Origin: Cenarchaeum sp.
GTDB lineage: Archaea; Thermoproteota; Nitrososphaeria; Nitrososphaerales; Nitrosopumilaceae
Length of the DNA: 64,000 nucleotides
Assembly: GCA_965242695.1 (NCBI GenBank)
Contig: CBDESU010000002.1
Location: forward strand, 832,001-896,000
Direction of reading: 5' to 3'
Part shown: piece by piece, positions 1 through 10,597 of the stretch
How positions within the stretch are numbered: position 1 is the first letter of the stretch
Layout of the letters: every line of letters starts with the position of its first letter
Program-made: the position numbers and the translations under genes
Notes under the pieces: model-generated
Told to the model about the DNA's origin: nothing
Database searches by the model: none
What the model saw: the letters and a program-made list of their open reading frames with translations, nothing else

Positions 1-2
1 TC

Positions 3-1178
3 ATACAGTCGCTCACGGGCGAGTGGACGAGCGTGCACAGCCAGGAGCTAAAGCGGGGCATTACCATCCGCGTCGGGTACTCGGATGCGGCCTTCTACAA
101 GTGCCCGTCGTGCGAGCCGCCCGGCGGCTACTCTGCCGACCCAAAGTGCCCCGGCTGCGGCGGCGAGTCCGAGCTGTCCCGCGTCGTGAGCTTTGTCGAC
201 AGCCCCGGCCACGAGAGCCTCATGGCCAACATGCTCTCCGGCGCGGCCCTCATGGACGGGGCCCTGCTCGTCGTCGGGGCAAACCACAAGGTGCCGCAGA
301 TGCAGACCGAGGAGCACCTGCTTGCGCTGCAGATACTCGGCATAAGGCAGATCGTCGTCGTCCAGAACAAGGTCGACCTGCTCTCGTACGAGCGCGCCCT
401 GGAGAGCTACGACCAGATCGCAAAGTTCCTAGAGGGCGCCGGCGACGGCATGGCAAAGTCCCCCGTGGTGCCGGTCTCGGCGCAGGCGGGCCTGAACACG
501 GACGCGCTCGTGAGGGCAATAGAGGAGTCGATCCCGACGCCCGAGCGGGACAACGCGTCCGACCCCGTAATGCACGTCCTCCGCTCGTTCGACGTAAACC
601 GGCCGAGCACCCCCATACAGGACATCAGGGGCGGCGTCGTCGGCGGATCGCTAGTGCAGGGCTCGTTCAAGGCCGGCGACGAGGTCGAGATACGCCCGGG
701 CATACTCAACGAGCGCCGCAAGGAGTACGAGCCGGTCTCGACCGAGATCGTCTCGCTCGGGACGGGCGCCGGGATAGTCGACGAGGTGCATCCCGGCGGG
801 CTCGTCGCGATAGGGACAAAGCTGGACCCGGCAATGTCCGGCGGCGATGCGTTCATCGGGTCGGTCGTCGGCCGCCCCGGGACGCTGCCCGAGAACTCGG
901 ACCGCGCAAGGCTGCAGGTAAGCCTGTTCGACTCTGCCGTCGGCGCGTCCGGCGCCGAGGCGGCAAGGGTGACGCCGCTCGCCGAGGGCGAGGCGCTGCG
1001 CCTCAGCGTCGGGACGTCGCCGGCGCTCTGCTCGGTCGCGTCCGTAAAGGAGGGCGGCTCGCTGGCCGACGTCAGGTTCCGCCGGCCCATGTGCCTGTTC
1101 GAGGGCGGCAGCGTGGCCATCAGCCGCAGGATATCCGACAGGTGGCGGCTCATCGGGGCTGGCACGGTCCTTGGCTGA
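3..1178 (+). CDS. eif2g: Translation initiation factor aIF2 gamma subunit (5'-truncated by window edge)
   Basis: ELKRGITI, DSPGHESLM and QNKVD GTPase motifs, CxxC zinc ribbon, C-terminal RWRLIG; frame is open back to position 3. Confidence 0.97.
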   Translation: MQSLTGEWTSVHSQELKRGITIRVGYSDAAFYKCPSCEPPGGYSADPKCPGCGGESELSRVVSFVDSPGHESLMANMLSGAALMDGALLVVGANHKVPQMQTEEHLLALQILGIRQIVVVQNKVDLLSYERALESYDQIAKFLEGAGDGMAKSPVVPVSAQAGLNTDALVRAIEESIPTPERDNASDPVMHVLRSFDVNRPSTPIQDIRGGVVGGSLVQGSFKAGDEVEIRPGILNERRKEYEPVSTEIVSLGTGAGIVDEVHPGGLVAIGTKLDPAMSGGDAFIGSVVGRPGTLPENSDRARLQVSLFDSAVGASGAEAARVTPLAEGEALRLSVGTSPALCSVASVKEGGSLADVRFRRPMCLFEGGSVAISRRISDRWRLIGAGTVLG

Positions 1179-1587
1179 CGTCCTCTGCGACACGAGCTTT
1201 GTAATGCACGTGGCCACGGCGCGCATCCGCAACGAGGGCTCGCTCGACACCGAGATCGGCGAGCTGCGGTACGTGGTTCCGCCCGCCGTAATGGCCGAGC
1301 TAGGCCGCCTGCGCAGGGAGGGCGAGCCGGCAAGGGCGGCCGCGGCGGCCGCGGCGCTCGGCTTTGTAGAGAGGAGGGCCGTCGTGGCCGATCCCGCGTC
1401 GGGCGATGCGGCCGCGGCTACCTCCGCGGCATCGGCAGAGACGGCCGACGAGGCGATAGTCGGGTACGTGCGGGACGGGGCCGCATCCATCGTGGCGACG
1501 ATGGACGCGGGGCTCAAGCGGGCCGTCAAGGGCGCCGGCGGGTCCGTCCTGTCCGTGGCGGCGGACCGTATCGTGCTGGAGCCGTAG
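1171..1587 (+). CDS. PIN-domain protein (Fcf1/Utp24-like)
   Basis: LCDTSF, VMAEL, ADEAI and ATMD acidic PIN motifs; usual position directly after aIF2-gamma. Confidence 0.85.
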   Translation: MADVLCDTSFVMHVATARIRNEGSLDTEIGELRYVVPPAVMAELGRLRREGEPARAAAAAAALGFVERRAVVADPASGDAAAATSAASAETADEAIVGYVRDGAASIVATMDAGLKRAVKGAGGSVLSVAADRIVLEP

Positions 1588-1605
1588 CCCGCGGCCGCCG
1601 CTGCC

Positions 1606-2049
1606 CTAGTACCCCTTTTCCTGCCGCTCTATGTTGATGCGGTTCTTGCGCTTGTACTCGTCGAGGACGTCGGCCGGCGACAGCCCGAGCTCGATCGAGG
1701 CCTGGACGACAAAGTGCCATATGTCGATGAGCTCCTCCCTTGCGCTCGCCTCGTCGAACTCTGTCCGCCGCTTCCACCACTTCCAGTTCGTCGTAGCCTG
1801 CAGCTCGGCCGCCTCTTGTATTATCGCGGTGCACAGAGCCGACACCCGCTCCTGCCTCTCGCGGGGGTACCTCGTGTCGTCGACGTACGCCGAAAAGCCC
1901 CTCTGCAGGCCGAATATGGTCTCTAGCGTGTCTGCGCCGGCTGCGGCCGCGCGCTGCCCGGCGTCCCGCTGCGCCGCTGGAGCCTGAGCCGGCGCCTGGT
2001 CCTGCCGCGCGGCGGCCTTTTCCATCTGGGCCTCGGCTACGGCAGACAC
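1606..2049 (-). CDS. Dimeric all-alpha dUTPase family protein
   Basis: QEAAEL...NWKWWK...REELIDIWHF...YKRKNRIN.ERQ..GY motifs; start is GTG 2049 or ATG 2025. Confidence 0.85.
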   Translation of the reverse strand: MSAVAEAQMEKAAARQDQAPAQAPAAQRDAGQRAAAAGADTLETIFGLQRGFSAYVDDTRYPRERQERVSALCTAIIQEAAELQATTNWKWWKRRTEFDEASAREELIDIWHFVVQASIELGLSPADVLDEYKRKNRINIERQEKGY

Positions 2050-2288
2050 GGGCGCGCCGCGCGCCGGCCCGGAAATAAGAGTTTGGCAGGCGTGCAAGGC
2101 GGGCGGGGGCAGGGACGGGCCGCGAGCCGTCATGCCGGACGTGATCCGCCGGGCCCGGCTGGGGTGGCCGCGACCGCAAGCGCCACGGCGACGGGGGCCG
2201 CGGCAAGCGCCGCCGCCATGCGCCGCCCTCCTGGCCGCCCCGCCTTTCGCATGCTGCCTGCCATCAATCCACCGCGGAACAGCGGCGA

Positions 2289-3206
2289 CTAAAGCCTTGT
2301 CATCTCGCGGTATTTCTTGACCCGCTCGCGTATGGCCGCATCCGTGAGCCGCTCGAGCCCGCGCGTGCTTCGCCCCTCGACCGCGAACGACCCCATTGCG
2401 TTGCCGTACGCTGCCGCCCGCCTGACGGCCGCCGGCGATACCCGCCCGCCCCCGCTGGCGAGCCGCCCGATCAGCCCGCCGGCGAACGAGTCGCCTGCGC
2501 CGGTCGGGTCGACGGGCCTCTCGAGCGGGTACCCCGCTGCCGGAAACACCTCGTCGCCGTGGAACAAAAGCGAGCCGTGCTCGCCCTTTTTGATTACAAC
2601 GTACGAGACGCCCCACTGCCGCATCATCTTGCGCGCGCACCTGACCAGGCCGTCCTCCCGGGCGAGCAGCCTGGCCTCCTCGTCGTTGAGGACCATCGCG
2701 TCGACCGACCTTGCGAGCCTTGCCAAGTCGTCCCGCCGGTTCTCTATCCAGTATCGTATCGTATCGCACATCGAAAATCTGACCCTGCCAAACTCGGAGA
2801 GGGCCTCGCGGGCGTGCGCCGGATCGCCGGTCGCCAGGTACACGCACCCCGCATCCCTGAATGCATCGGGGACGGGGGGGCGCGGGCCGGCTGCCACGTT
2901 GAGCTCGACCCTCAGGTCCTCCCTCGAGCCGAGGGCGCGGCCGTACCTGCACTCGTACCGGAACGTCGGCCCCTCCCTCACGTCGAGGCCGCGCAGGTCC
3001 ATGCGCGAGGCGAGCATGCGGCGGTGCCTCCGCGCAAGGTCGCTGCCGGCGACGGCGACGAGCCCCGTCCTGGCAAAAAAAGACGCCGAGATTCCGGCGT
3101 ACGTGGCGGCGCCGCCGAGCACGCCGGCGGCCGACCACGACGGCGTCCGTATGGTGTCGAGCACCACGGTGCCGGAGACCGCAAGCTGCACGCCCACGGC
3201 CCTCAC
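2289..3206 (-). CDS. PfkB/ribokinase-family carbohydrate kinase
   Basis: GGAATY, LNDEEA, KKGEHG and DPTGAGDSFAGG motifs. Confidence 0.93.
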   Translation of the reverse strand: MRAVGVQLAVSGTVVLDTIRTPSWSAAGVLGGAATYAGISASFFARTGLVAVAGSDLARRHRRMLASRMDLRGLDVREGPTFRYECRYGRALGSREDLRVELNVAAGPRPPVPDAFRDAGCVYLATGDPAHAREALSEFGRVRFSMCDTIRYWIENRRDDLARLARSVDAMVLNDEEARLLAREDGLVRCARKMMRQWGVSYVVIKKGEHGSLLFHGDEVFPAAGYPLERPVDPTGAGDSFAGGLIGRLASGGGRVSPAAVRRAAAYGNAMGSFAVEGRSTRGLERLTDAAIRERVKKYREMTRL

Positions 3207-3673
3207 GTCCTGTCGATGAACGCCCTTGCCTGGTCCTCGGTCGGGTGGTACACGAACGGCACGTCGATCGTAGTGAACAGCGCCTCGTACGTCGTGACCC
3301 CGACGATCCTCACCTCGGGCACGCTCCCGGCCTCGGCGTACTCTTCGCTGCCCGGCTCGGCCGTGAACGTGCCGTGCACGACGGCGCTGTCCATGGCCGG
3401 CAGGACGAACGCCTCTATCCGGCCGTCCCCGATCATGTCCTCGCCTGCCCTGACGGTAAACTCGGTCTCGCCGGCCGACAGGTACAGCAGGGACGGGTTC
3501 TCGAACTCTAGCTCTAGGCCGTACGACGAGCCGCGCGCCGTCTCTTCGAGCAGCTCGCTGCCGGTGACGGCCACGCCTATCTGCGAGGCCGACGCGTACT
3601 GCGAGTACCCAAAGATGCCCGCGGCCGCAACGACGCCGACTACGATGGCAATGTTCCTTCTGGTCGCTTCCAT
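3203..3673 (-). CDS. Membrane-anchored hypothetical protein (LEA-2-like)
   Basis: N-terminal TM helix, then LEFENPS...L beta-rich domain; ATG at 3673. Confidence 0.65.
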   Translation of the reverse strand: MEATRRNIAIVVGVVAAAGIFGYSQYASASQIGVAVTGSELLEETARGSSYGLELEFENPSLLYLSAGETEFTVRAGEDMIGDGRIEAFVLPAMDSAVVHGTFTAEPGSEEYAEAGSVPEVRIVGVTTYEALFTTIDVPFVYHPTEDQARAFIDRT

Positions 3674-3920
3674 GCCCCCTGTGGGCGGGCGGGGTATTGC
3701 CGGCGGGGGTCTAAAGGATCCGACACGGGGTCTACTTTTCTTGAGCTGGGGCCGCCGGCGCGCCCGTGCGAGACCGGGAGGCGGCGCCCGAAGGCGCCTC
3801 CGGCTGTCCCCGTGTGGAGGGATGCGGGCGCATGGGGGGGGGGCTGTGGGCCGTGTACTGCGCACCCTTCCCCGTCGGGGCCGTGCCTGCGCCTGCCGTA
3901 GCCCGCGCGCCGCCCCTGCC

Positions 3921-3937
3921 GGGGGGGGGGGGGGGGG
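3921..3937. repeat. G17 homopolymer (a G10 run also at 3834-3843)
   Basis: Read directly from the sequence; intergenic, ~90 bp upstream of the large secreted-protein gene. Confidence 0.85.
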
Positions 3938-4029
3938 CGGCGGCGGAGGTGTGCGGCGAGTCGCACTTCAGATGTAGCGGGCTGTGTCATGCCAAGGAAC
4001 TTTTTATGCGCGGGCCGGGCAACCGAGCT

Positions 4030-7000
4030 ATGGGCGGAACGGCGGCTACCGCTGCATGCTTGGCGGCAGTAGCGGCCGCCATTGCGGTGATCGCTCCCGC
4101 TGCGGCGGCCGATTCCGGCGCGCCGACCCCCCTCAAGCAGGCGGAGGCTGGGGTCGAGCCGGGCGACATACTGTGCAATGCGGGCAGGATCCTCGTGGTC
4201 TCACCCGGAGGAGCGCCGGCATGCGTGTTTGCCGGGTCGCTCGGCGCGCTAGCGGACCGCGGCTGGCTGGAGGCTCCCGTGGAGAGTGGCGGCCAGGGCT
4301 CGGGGGCGCGCCCGGATGCGCCTAGCGTGGCCTCTGCTATTCCGAGCGCCCAGGAGCCTCGCGAGGCCGGGCAGGGCCGCATTGCCGACTCGGTAGCTCG
4401 CCCTGTCACTCACCACAACACCCTGACAGTCTCAAAGTACCCCGTGGTCGGCGAGGTCGCCGAGATGACGTTCACCGTGACTGCGATCCATGACCCGATT
4501 GAGTTTGTCACACATCCTACCTACGCAAAGCTTGTGGTGGGAACCATCCCGTCCCAATCGCACCGCGTCTTTGACGTGATTTCGAACATTGGCACCGGCG
4601 ACCCCAGCGTTTTCAGGCCCTACGACTACAACAACGTGACGACGATGGCGCAACCAGGCGAGACCTATACTGTAAAAGCAAAGTTTGAGATATTGGAGGA
4701 AGGCGTTATAGGTGTTGGTGCCCGCGGACTTCATGGCGATGTTGTAGCAATATACATAGCGGCATCGAAAAACAAGTCCATGCCCCTGGTCGAGTACGAT
4801 GCGACGGGACAGACATACATAGACCATACACGGGTTACGGGACAGGAGGATGCCCTGCATGTTGAACACGACATGGGACTATCGGTTCCAGATTACACGC
4901 TTAGCAGAGCCACGCTGCTGGGAGAGCGCCATTCAATGTACTTGTCGTTTGCCGAGGGGTACATCGAGCTCAACTACACAGAAGACCAGATAGTAGACGA
5001 GCTGTTCTACTGGGGCTACCTTCGCAGCGACATACGCGAGTTCTTTGTGCACATCATGAACTACACCGAGGAGCAGGCAGACAAGGTTCGCATGGGCGAC
5101 GACCTGCTTGCCGCGGCGTACAGGTGGGGCAACGGCGACACAGACGAGATCGTCGACGACATGCTCACGCGTAGGAACTATACCGCAGCCGAGGTGCGCG
5201 ACTTTTTCAGGGAACACATGTACTACACGGACGACGAGGTCGTCGCGGCGATCCTCAACGCGACGACGACGGCGCGCACGCAGGCAGGGACAGCCGGCCA
5301 ACAGCAGCAACCGCGGACGGGCCTGTTCAGCGTGTCTGGAAAAGTGTACGCGCAGGGGTACTTTTCCACGCCAACCATGCCCATACACGGGATCAGGGTG
5401 TGCGCATACGATCATGACGCGTCCACAATGCAGGCAAGCGTATAGTCCCGAGCATAAGTTTCTGACACTTTTACGTGCATCGATTAGGCGTCGATGCGGC
5501 AAAAAAAGCGTCGAGAACACGTGCTCGTGACTATACTGCGCACGTCTGGGTCGGGAGAGGCCTGCACGTTCACTGCCCAATCAGGCGCATACGTCATCCG
5601 CGGGATCCGAAACGACGATCCCAACGATGCGACAAGCGTCGATCTCTTGATACGTGTTTTGTCAGAGGGAAACAGGCTGACCATAGCGGGGACATCTGCC
5701 ATGCCGTACAGCCACGACGAACCCGTGATCAACAATTTCGCCGGACTTAGCCTTGACAGGGATATTACACTGTCGTGGCCCACCGAGGGGGCGGGGAGGA
5801 TCATAGACGCGATAAGCGATGGCCGACAGTTTTTTGACGGCTACGGGATAGACGCGGCACCCCTGACTGTAAAGTGGCAACACGATGACGGCACCAGCGC
5901 CTTTGTCGGCAGGGAGCATGATTCGGCGTCGTACGTAATATCCGGAAACATCATCTGGCTCAACGGCAATGGAATAATGGCAGAAGACCACTCACACGAA
6001 AGATTGACGATACTACACGAGTTCGGGCACCATGTGATGGATATTGCGGGAGTGTTTCCGACCAGCTGGATCTGTCCCTCCCCGCACTACCTTCACAACC
6101 AGAGCAGTGCAAGCTGTGCGTGGACGGAGGGGTGGGCCGGTTTCGTCCCCCATATGGTGGACAACAGCGCCAGGCTGAGATGGACAAATGTAGCGTACGT
6201 AGATCTGGAGCAAGACAGGACCGAAAACAGCGGGGGCGGGGTGCGGACGAGCTTTGCCAGGACGGGGCCGTCTGGCGACGAGGGGCACCTTGTAGAGGGG
6301 CAGGTCGCCGCCGCCCTGTGGGACATAAAGGACTCTCTCGTTGATACAGAGTTCGACCGGGCCGGCCCCCACCCGCGGAGCAGGACGCTCGACGACCTGG
6401 CCATGGGCGACGACGAGATCATCGGCACGGTCAAGGCGGCGACATACGCCAGCTTTGAGGATGTTTACACGGCCTGGGAGTTGGGCAGGGCGCCGGCTCA
6501 CTCGGCGCGCAACATAATGGAGTTGCACGCGATGGGGTTCGTCGACGACGCGCGGCCGCTGGCCGACGGGTTCAGCGGGCTTGACAGGTGGGCCGGATCG
6601 GGAAACCAGAACTGGCGATCTGGGGCTCCCCTCGAGGGCGGGCAGCCGCCAGACCACCCGGCCGGCAACACCGTCGCATTGGCACGTCACTGCGCTTCCG
6701 AGTGCGTCCTGACGCTCAGGGACGGCATCGACCTGTCGGGGTACGATGCGGCAGGGCTGTCGTTCTGGCGGTTCCTTGACAACTACGTCCGCAGCGGCGA
6801 CTACCTGAGGGTCGACGTCTCGCCCGACGGCGGCTCAAGCTGGAGCACCGTGTACACGTGGGGGCGTGGATCGGGGAACGACGACAGGTGGCACCGCGAG
6901 ACGCTCTCGCTTGCACCCTACCTGAACAGCACCGACTTCAAGGTAAGGCTGGCGGCAAGGCTCTCCTATGCCACCTCGGATGCGGCCGTCGACGACGTCG

Positions 7001-9150
7001 TGATCAACGGCACGGCGCGCGCTAGGGCCGGCGGCACGGTCGCCGTGCTGTCTAGCGGGTTTGCAGACTCGCTCGAGGGGTGGGCGTACCGGCAGATCCC
7101 CGACATGAACGGCAACCGCATCTACTGCGGCGGCCGAAACAACACGGCATACTCGCTATCGCACTCGCAGGAGCACGGCGGGTCGGCCTACGTGAACCAT
7201 GTCCGTACCTGCTGGTTCGGCAACGCCGGCGCGATCAAGACGTTCGACGTGCCCGCGTCCCTGAACGGGACAGACCTCAACGTGACCGCCCGGTTCCAGA
7301 GCTTCACAGGGCTTAGGTACTCGACGGGCGGCCAGACAAACAACCTGCACGTGCTGGTCAGCGACTCGGCCGGCAACGTGCTGGCCAGCGGAGCCCTCTT
7401 CCAGGGCCTCCGCGACACCGTGGTGCGGGACACGGGCCTGCGCACTGCCACGCTCACCGTGCCATCGTTCGACTCGGGGCGGTGTCCGTGCACGGTGTCC
7501 GTGCACCTGCACGACCACTGGCTAACCAACTGGAGCCAGCGGTTCTACCTTGACGACCTAAGGATAGAGGGGCAGGTGCCCAGCACGTGCGGGGTCAGGC
7601 TGGCAAAGAGCATCATGGACGTGGGGTCGATGTCCCGGTACACGGGCATAAGCGGGTTCGACACCCAGACCGTGCACAACGACGGAAACCTGCCAATCTC
7701 GTCGCTTTCGGTCGCATACTCGAGGATTACGGGCTACGACTCGCGGGGCAGTCCCACATCGTTCACCCTCCCGCCATCGGGCGCGCAGCTGCGGTCCGCC
7801 GCGGCGGGGCTTGCATCATGGACGCCAGCGTCAAGCCTGGTGCAGTTCGGCGCGATCCCCGTGGGCGGCTCGCTCGACATACAGTACAGGTTCAACCTTG
7901 GCAGCGCGACCGTGATTCCGGCCGCCGTGACCCAGCTCCACCAGACGGCGACGTACAATGCAGTGTGCAGCGCTGCCGCCGCGCCTAGCGGCGCCGCGGG
8001 CGGGGCGGCGCCGGTCCACGCCGACGCCCACACCTCTGCGTCGCGGGCCCTGATCCTGCCCGTCAACTCGACGTCCCAGCCGCGGGACGGGCCGCAGGGC
8101 CCCGCGCCACCCGTTCCGTTCCCGCCGGCGCACCCGCTGCCACTTTCGACTCCGGCCGCGGCGGGGCCCGGCATCCGGGATCTGCTGGCCGGCGCGCCGC
8201 CGGCGGTGCACAGCACCCTAAAGGTGCACGAGCTGCTCGAAATGCATGCGTCGAACGGCACCAGGATCATCGTAACCGAAAAGTACGCGTACGACGCGGA
8301 CGTGGTCGTCGACTGGGACGACCATCCCGGGGCCGACCGCTACAAGGTGGTAGTGCACAGGGCGGGATCGCCGCAGAACCGCACCGCCGATGCGAACGTG
8401 ACCGAGTCGCGCTACCGGCTGACGGGCCTAGAGCCGTCGACCGAGTACGTCGTGCGCATCGGCGTCAGGGGAGACGACTCGACGCAGAGCGCGGTCCGGG
8501 CAGTCACCCTCCCGCGCGGCTCTGCGACCCTCCCGCCGGGCCTGCACCTGGAGGCGTCGCTGCGCGCCGCCTCGGACGCGATAGACCTGCGGTGGGGCGA
8601 CACGAACGGGGTCGGAGGGCTGGCCGGCGACGGCAGGTACCGCCTCGAGATGTCGATCGACGGCGGGCCGTTCGAGCCGTCCGGCGCGCGCCGGGACCAG
8701 GCCACAGGAGCGGAGCAGACGATCCGGCCCGAGTGGCTCGGCTCGACGCTCGCGTACAGGGTGTCCGAGCGGGTAGGCCCGCAGCAGCTGTTCTCGGGCA
8801 ACGCGACTGTGCAAATCCCGGACACCCTCCTGGCCCCGTCGAACTTGGCTGCCAGCCCCTCGGCTGGCGGCGGAGCCTCCCTGTCCTTGGGATGGGACCA
8901 CGCCCCGCTGTTCCGGCACTACGTGGTCGAGATGCAGGGAGCAGACGGCTCGTGGGAGCGCATCGGCCGCACGCAGGACAACTCGCTCGAGTACGAGCCC
9001 CCGCGGGGCGGCGGGAGTGCCGAGTACGTGTTTCGCGTCTATGCGCAGCTCGGCGCGGCCGCCTCGCCGCCGTCCGACGCGGCGGCTACCCGCATCGGCC
9101 CGCCTGCGCCGCCCGGCGGGGGCGTGACGGGGGCCGCGTCGGCCCCCTAG
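4030..9150 (+). pseudogene. Large secreted zincin-type metalloprotease/FN3 protein (~1,675 aa) interrupted by a MITE
   Basis: Signal peptide, thaumarchaeal PLKQ...C...PACV...RGW motif, TILHEFGHH (HEXXH) with WTEGWA, FN3 repeats (YRLTGLEPSTEY). ORFs 4030-5445 and 5494-9150 are in the same frame and join as QASV|LRTSG when 5443-5535 is removed. Confidence 0.85.
5443..5533. mobile_element. 91-bp MITE with TA target-site duplication
   Basis: Inverted ends TAGTCCCGAGCA / TGCTCGTGACTA (11/12), flanked by TA at 5441-5442 and 5534-5535; interior is AT-richer than the flanks. Confidence 0.85.
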
Positions 9151-9280
9151 GACGACCCGGCGGATCGAGCCGCCGCGGCGCCTCCTGCCCCCCGCGCCGC
9201 CCCCTTGTCAACACTTTTTGATCCCCCAGTGCGGAAAGCTTGACCCTGCAGGTAAAACCTGGCGGCCGGTAGGGGCGGGC

Positions 9281-10045
9281 ATGGCCAAGATCCGGCTGCG
9301 AATGGGACCGTGCGAGGTCGAAATAGAGTCTGGGGATTTTTACGTCGACAACGATACGGCATCCGCTGCCATCGACCGCATAGCAAGGTCGATGCAGAGA
9401 GTAGCGGCCCCGCGCGCCCAGGTCCTGGCTGCCCCCGAAGAGGCCGCCGCCACCGCCACCGCCACCGCAGCTGCAGGCACCGCCGACGCAGGCAGCAGCG
9501 GCTACAACGGCAACGGCGGCGGCTACAGCGGGCGGGCAGCCGGGCGTGCAGGCGGATCTAGGCCGCTGCCAACCCCCGCGGCCGCGGCATCCACAGCCGC
9601 GGCCGCACCTCCTATTGCAGAGGCGCCGCCGATCCGCCGCGCAGCAAAAGCGGGGCAGGCCGCGCCTCTCCCGCAGCGCCGGCAGGAGTGCCCCGACCTG
9701 TCGTCCGTCCTCGACTGCCTTGACGAGGCCGAGGTCTTCGAGCCAGAGTTTGACGAGCCGCGCCGCGTGCCCCCCTCCGAGGTCGCATCCCGGCTCAGGG
9801 TGCTGGCGTCCGGCGGGTTCTTTGTGGAGCCGCGGACGGTGACGGAGGCGGTCGAAGGGATGGCCGAGCGGGGATGGCTCGCGGGGCCCCTCGACGTGTC
9901 AAAGGCGCTCGCGCGCATGTCCATGGGCAGAGAGATGCGGCGCGAGACGCGCGGGTACAAGACGTACTATTGCGGGGCGCAGGCGGCGGGGCCCGCTTCC
10001 CCTCCTCCCCTTGCCGGGCCCGCGCCCGTCCCCGTTCCCTCGTAG
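9281..10045 (+). CDS. Hypothetical protein with C-terminal wHTH-like region and Ala/Gly-rich linker
   Basis: MAKIRLRMG..EVEIES.DFYVDN N-terminus and FF.EPRTV.E C-terminus resemble a conserved thaumarchaeal protein. Confidence 0.7.
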   Translation: MAKIRLRMGPCEVEIESGDFYVDNDTASAAIDRIARSMQRVAAPRAQVLAAPEEAAATATATAAAGTADAGSSGYNGNGGGYSGRAAGRAGGSRPLPTPAAAASTAAAAPPIAEAPPIRRAAKAGQAAPLPQRRQECPDLSSVLDCLDEAEVFEPEFDEPRRVPPSEVASRLRVLASGGFFVEPRTVTEAVEGMAERGWLAGPLDVSKALARMSMGREMRRETRGYKTYYCGAQAAGPASPPPLAGPAPVPVPS

Positions 10046-10248
10046 CCGCACGTATCGCACGCGTCGAACGCGACGCCCTCTAGGTGGTCAAAGTGGGCCC
10101 CGCACGCGCCGCACGTGTGGTGCATGTCGTAGTACCCGTCTGCATCGACGTTCCCCACGCGCGTCGACAAAAGGTCGGCGCTCTTGCAGCGGATGCAGCG
10201 GCAGCCGCATGTCGCCCTCGCCGCCTTTGGCGCATCCCCGTCCCGCAC
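9967..10248 (-). CDS. Small Cys/His-rich (zinc-ribbon) protein
   Basis: CIRC...STRVGNVDADGYYDMHHTCGAC..HFDHL...CDTC; start uncertain (GTG 10248). Confidence 0.65.
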   Translation of the reverse strand: MRDGDAPKAARATCGCRCIRCKSADLLSTRVGNVDADGYYDMHHTCGACGAHFDHLEGVAFDACDTCGYEGTGTGAGPARGGGEAGPAACAPQ

Positions 10249-10366
10249 GGCCGGCGCACTTTTTACTCCCAATATAGCGGCACCCGCATGTCGCCCTCGC
10301 CGCCTTTGGCGCATCCCCGTCCCGCACGGCCGGCGCACTTTTTACTCCCAATATAGCGGCACCCGC
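10205..10366. repeat. Perfect 79-bp tandem duplication (x2) in a divergent promoter region
   Basis: CCGCATGTCGCCC...TTTTTACTCCCAATATAGCGGCAC starts at 10205 and 10284. Confidence 0.95.
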
Positions 10367-10368
10367 CG

Positions 10369-10584
10369 ATGGAGTCGGGAGGCGGCGAAAGCGGCGGCAG
10401 CCGGGACGGGGACGGCGCCGCCGGCCCGCCGCCGGCCCCGCGCGAGATACCCGAGGAGATCGACGACCACTACCGCATGTTCGGCAAGGAGCCGTGGGAG
10501 GTCGACTACAAGGAAAAGTGCGCGCTGTGCGATGCGTGGATAGACGAGTACGGGCTGTGCGCGTGCGACTCGGGCGGGGAATAG
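10369..10584 (+). CDS. Small CxxC...CxC hypothetical protein
   Basis: DDHYRMFGKEPWEVDY..KCALCD.WIDEYGLCAC; non-shadow composition. Confidence 0.75.
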   Translation: MESGGGESGGSRDGDGAAGPPPAPREIPEEIDDHYRMFGKEPWEVDYKEKCALCDAWIDEYGLCACDSGGE

Positions 10585-10597
10585 CGAGAACAGCCGC

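Noticed and set aside
5443-5445. Amber (pyrrolysine) read-through joining the two in-frame ORFs
   Set aside because: The TAG is the first triplet of an inverted-repeat, TA-flanked insertion, and further in-frame stops follow inside it.
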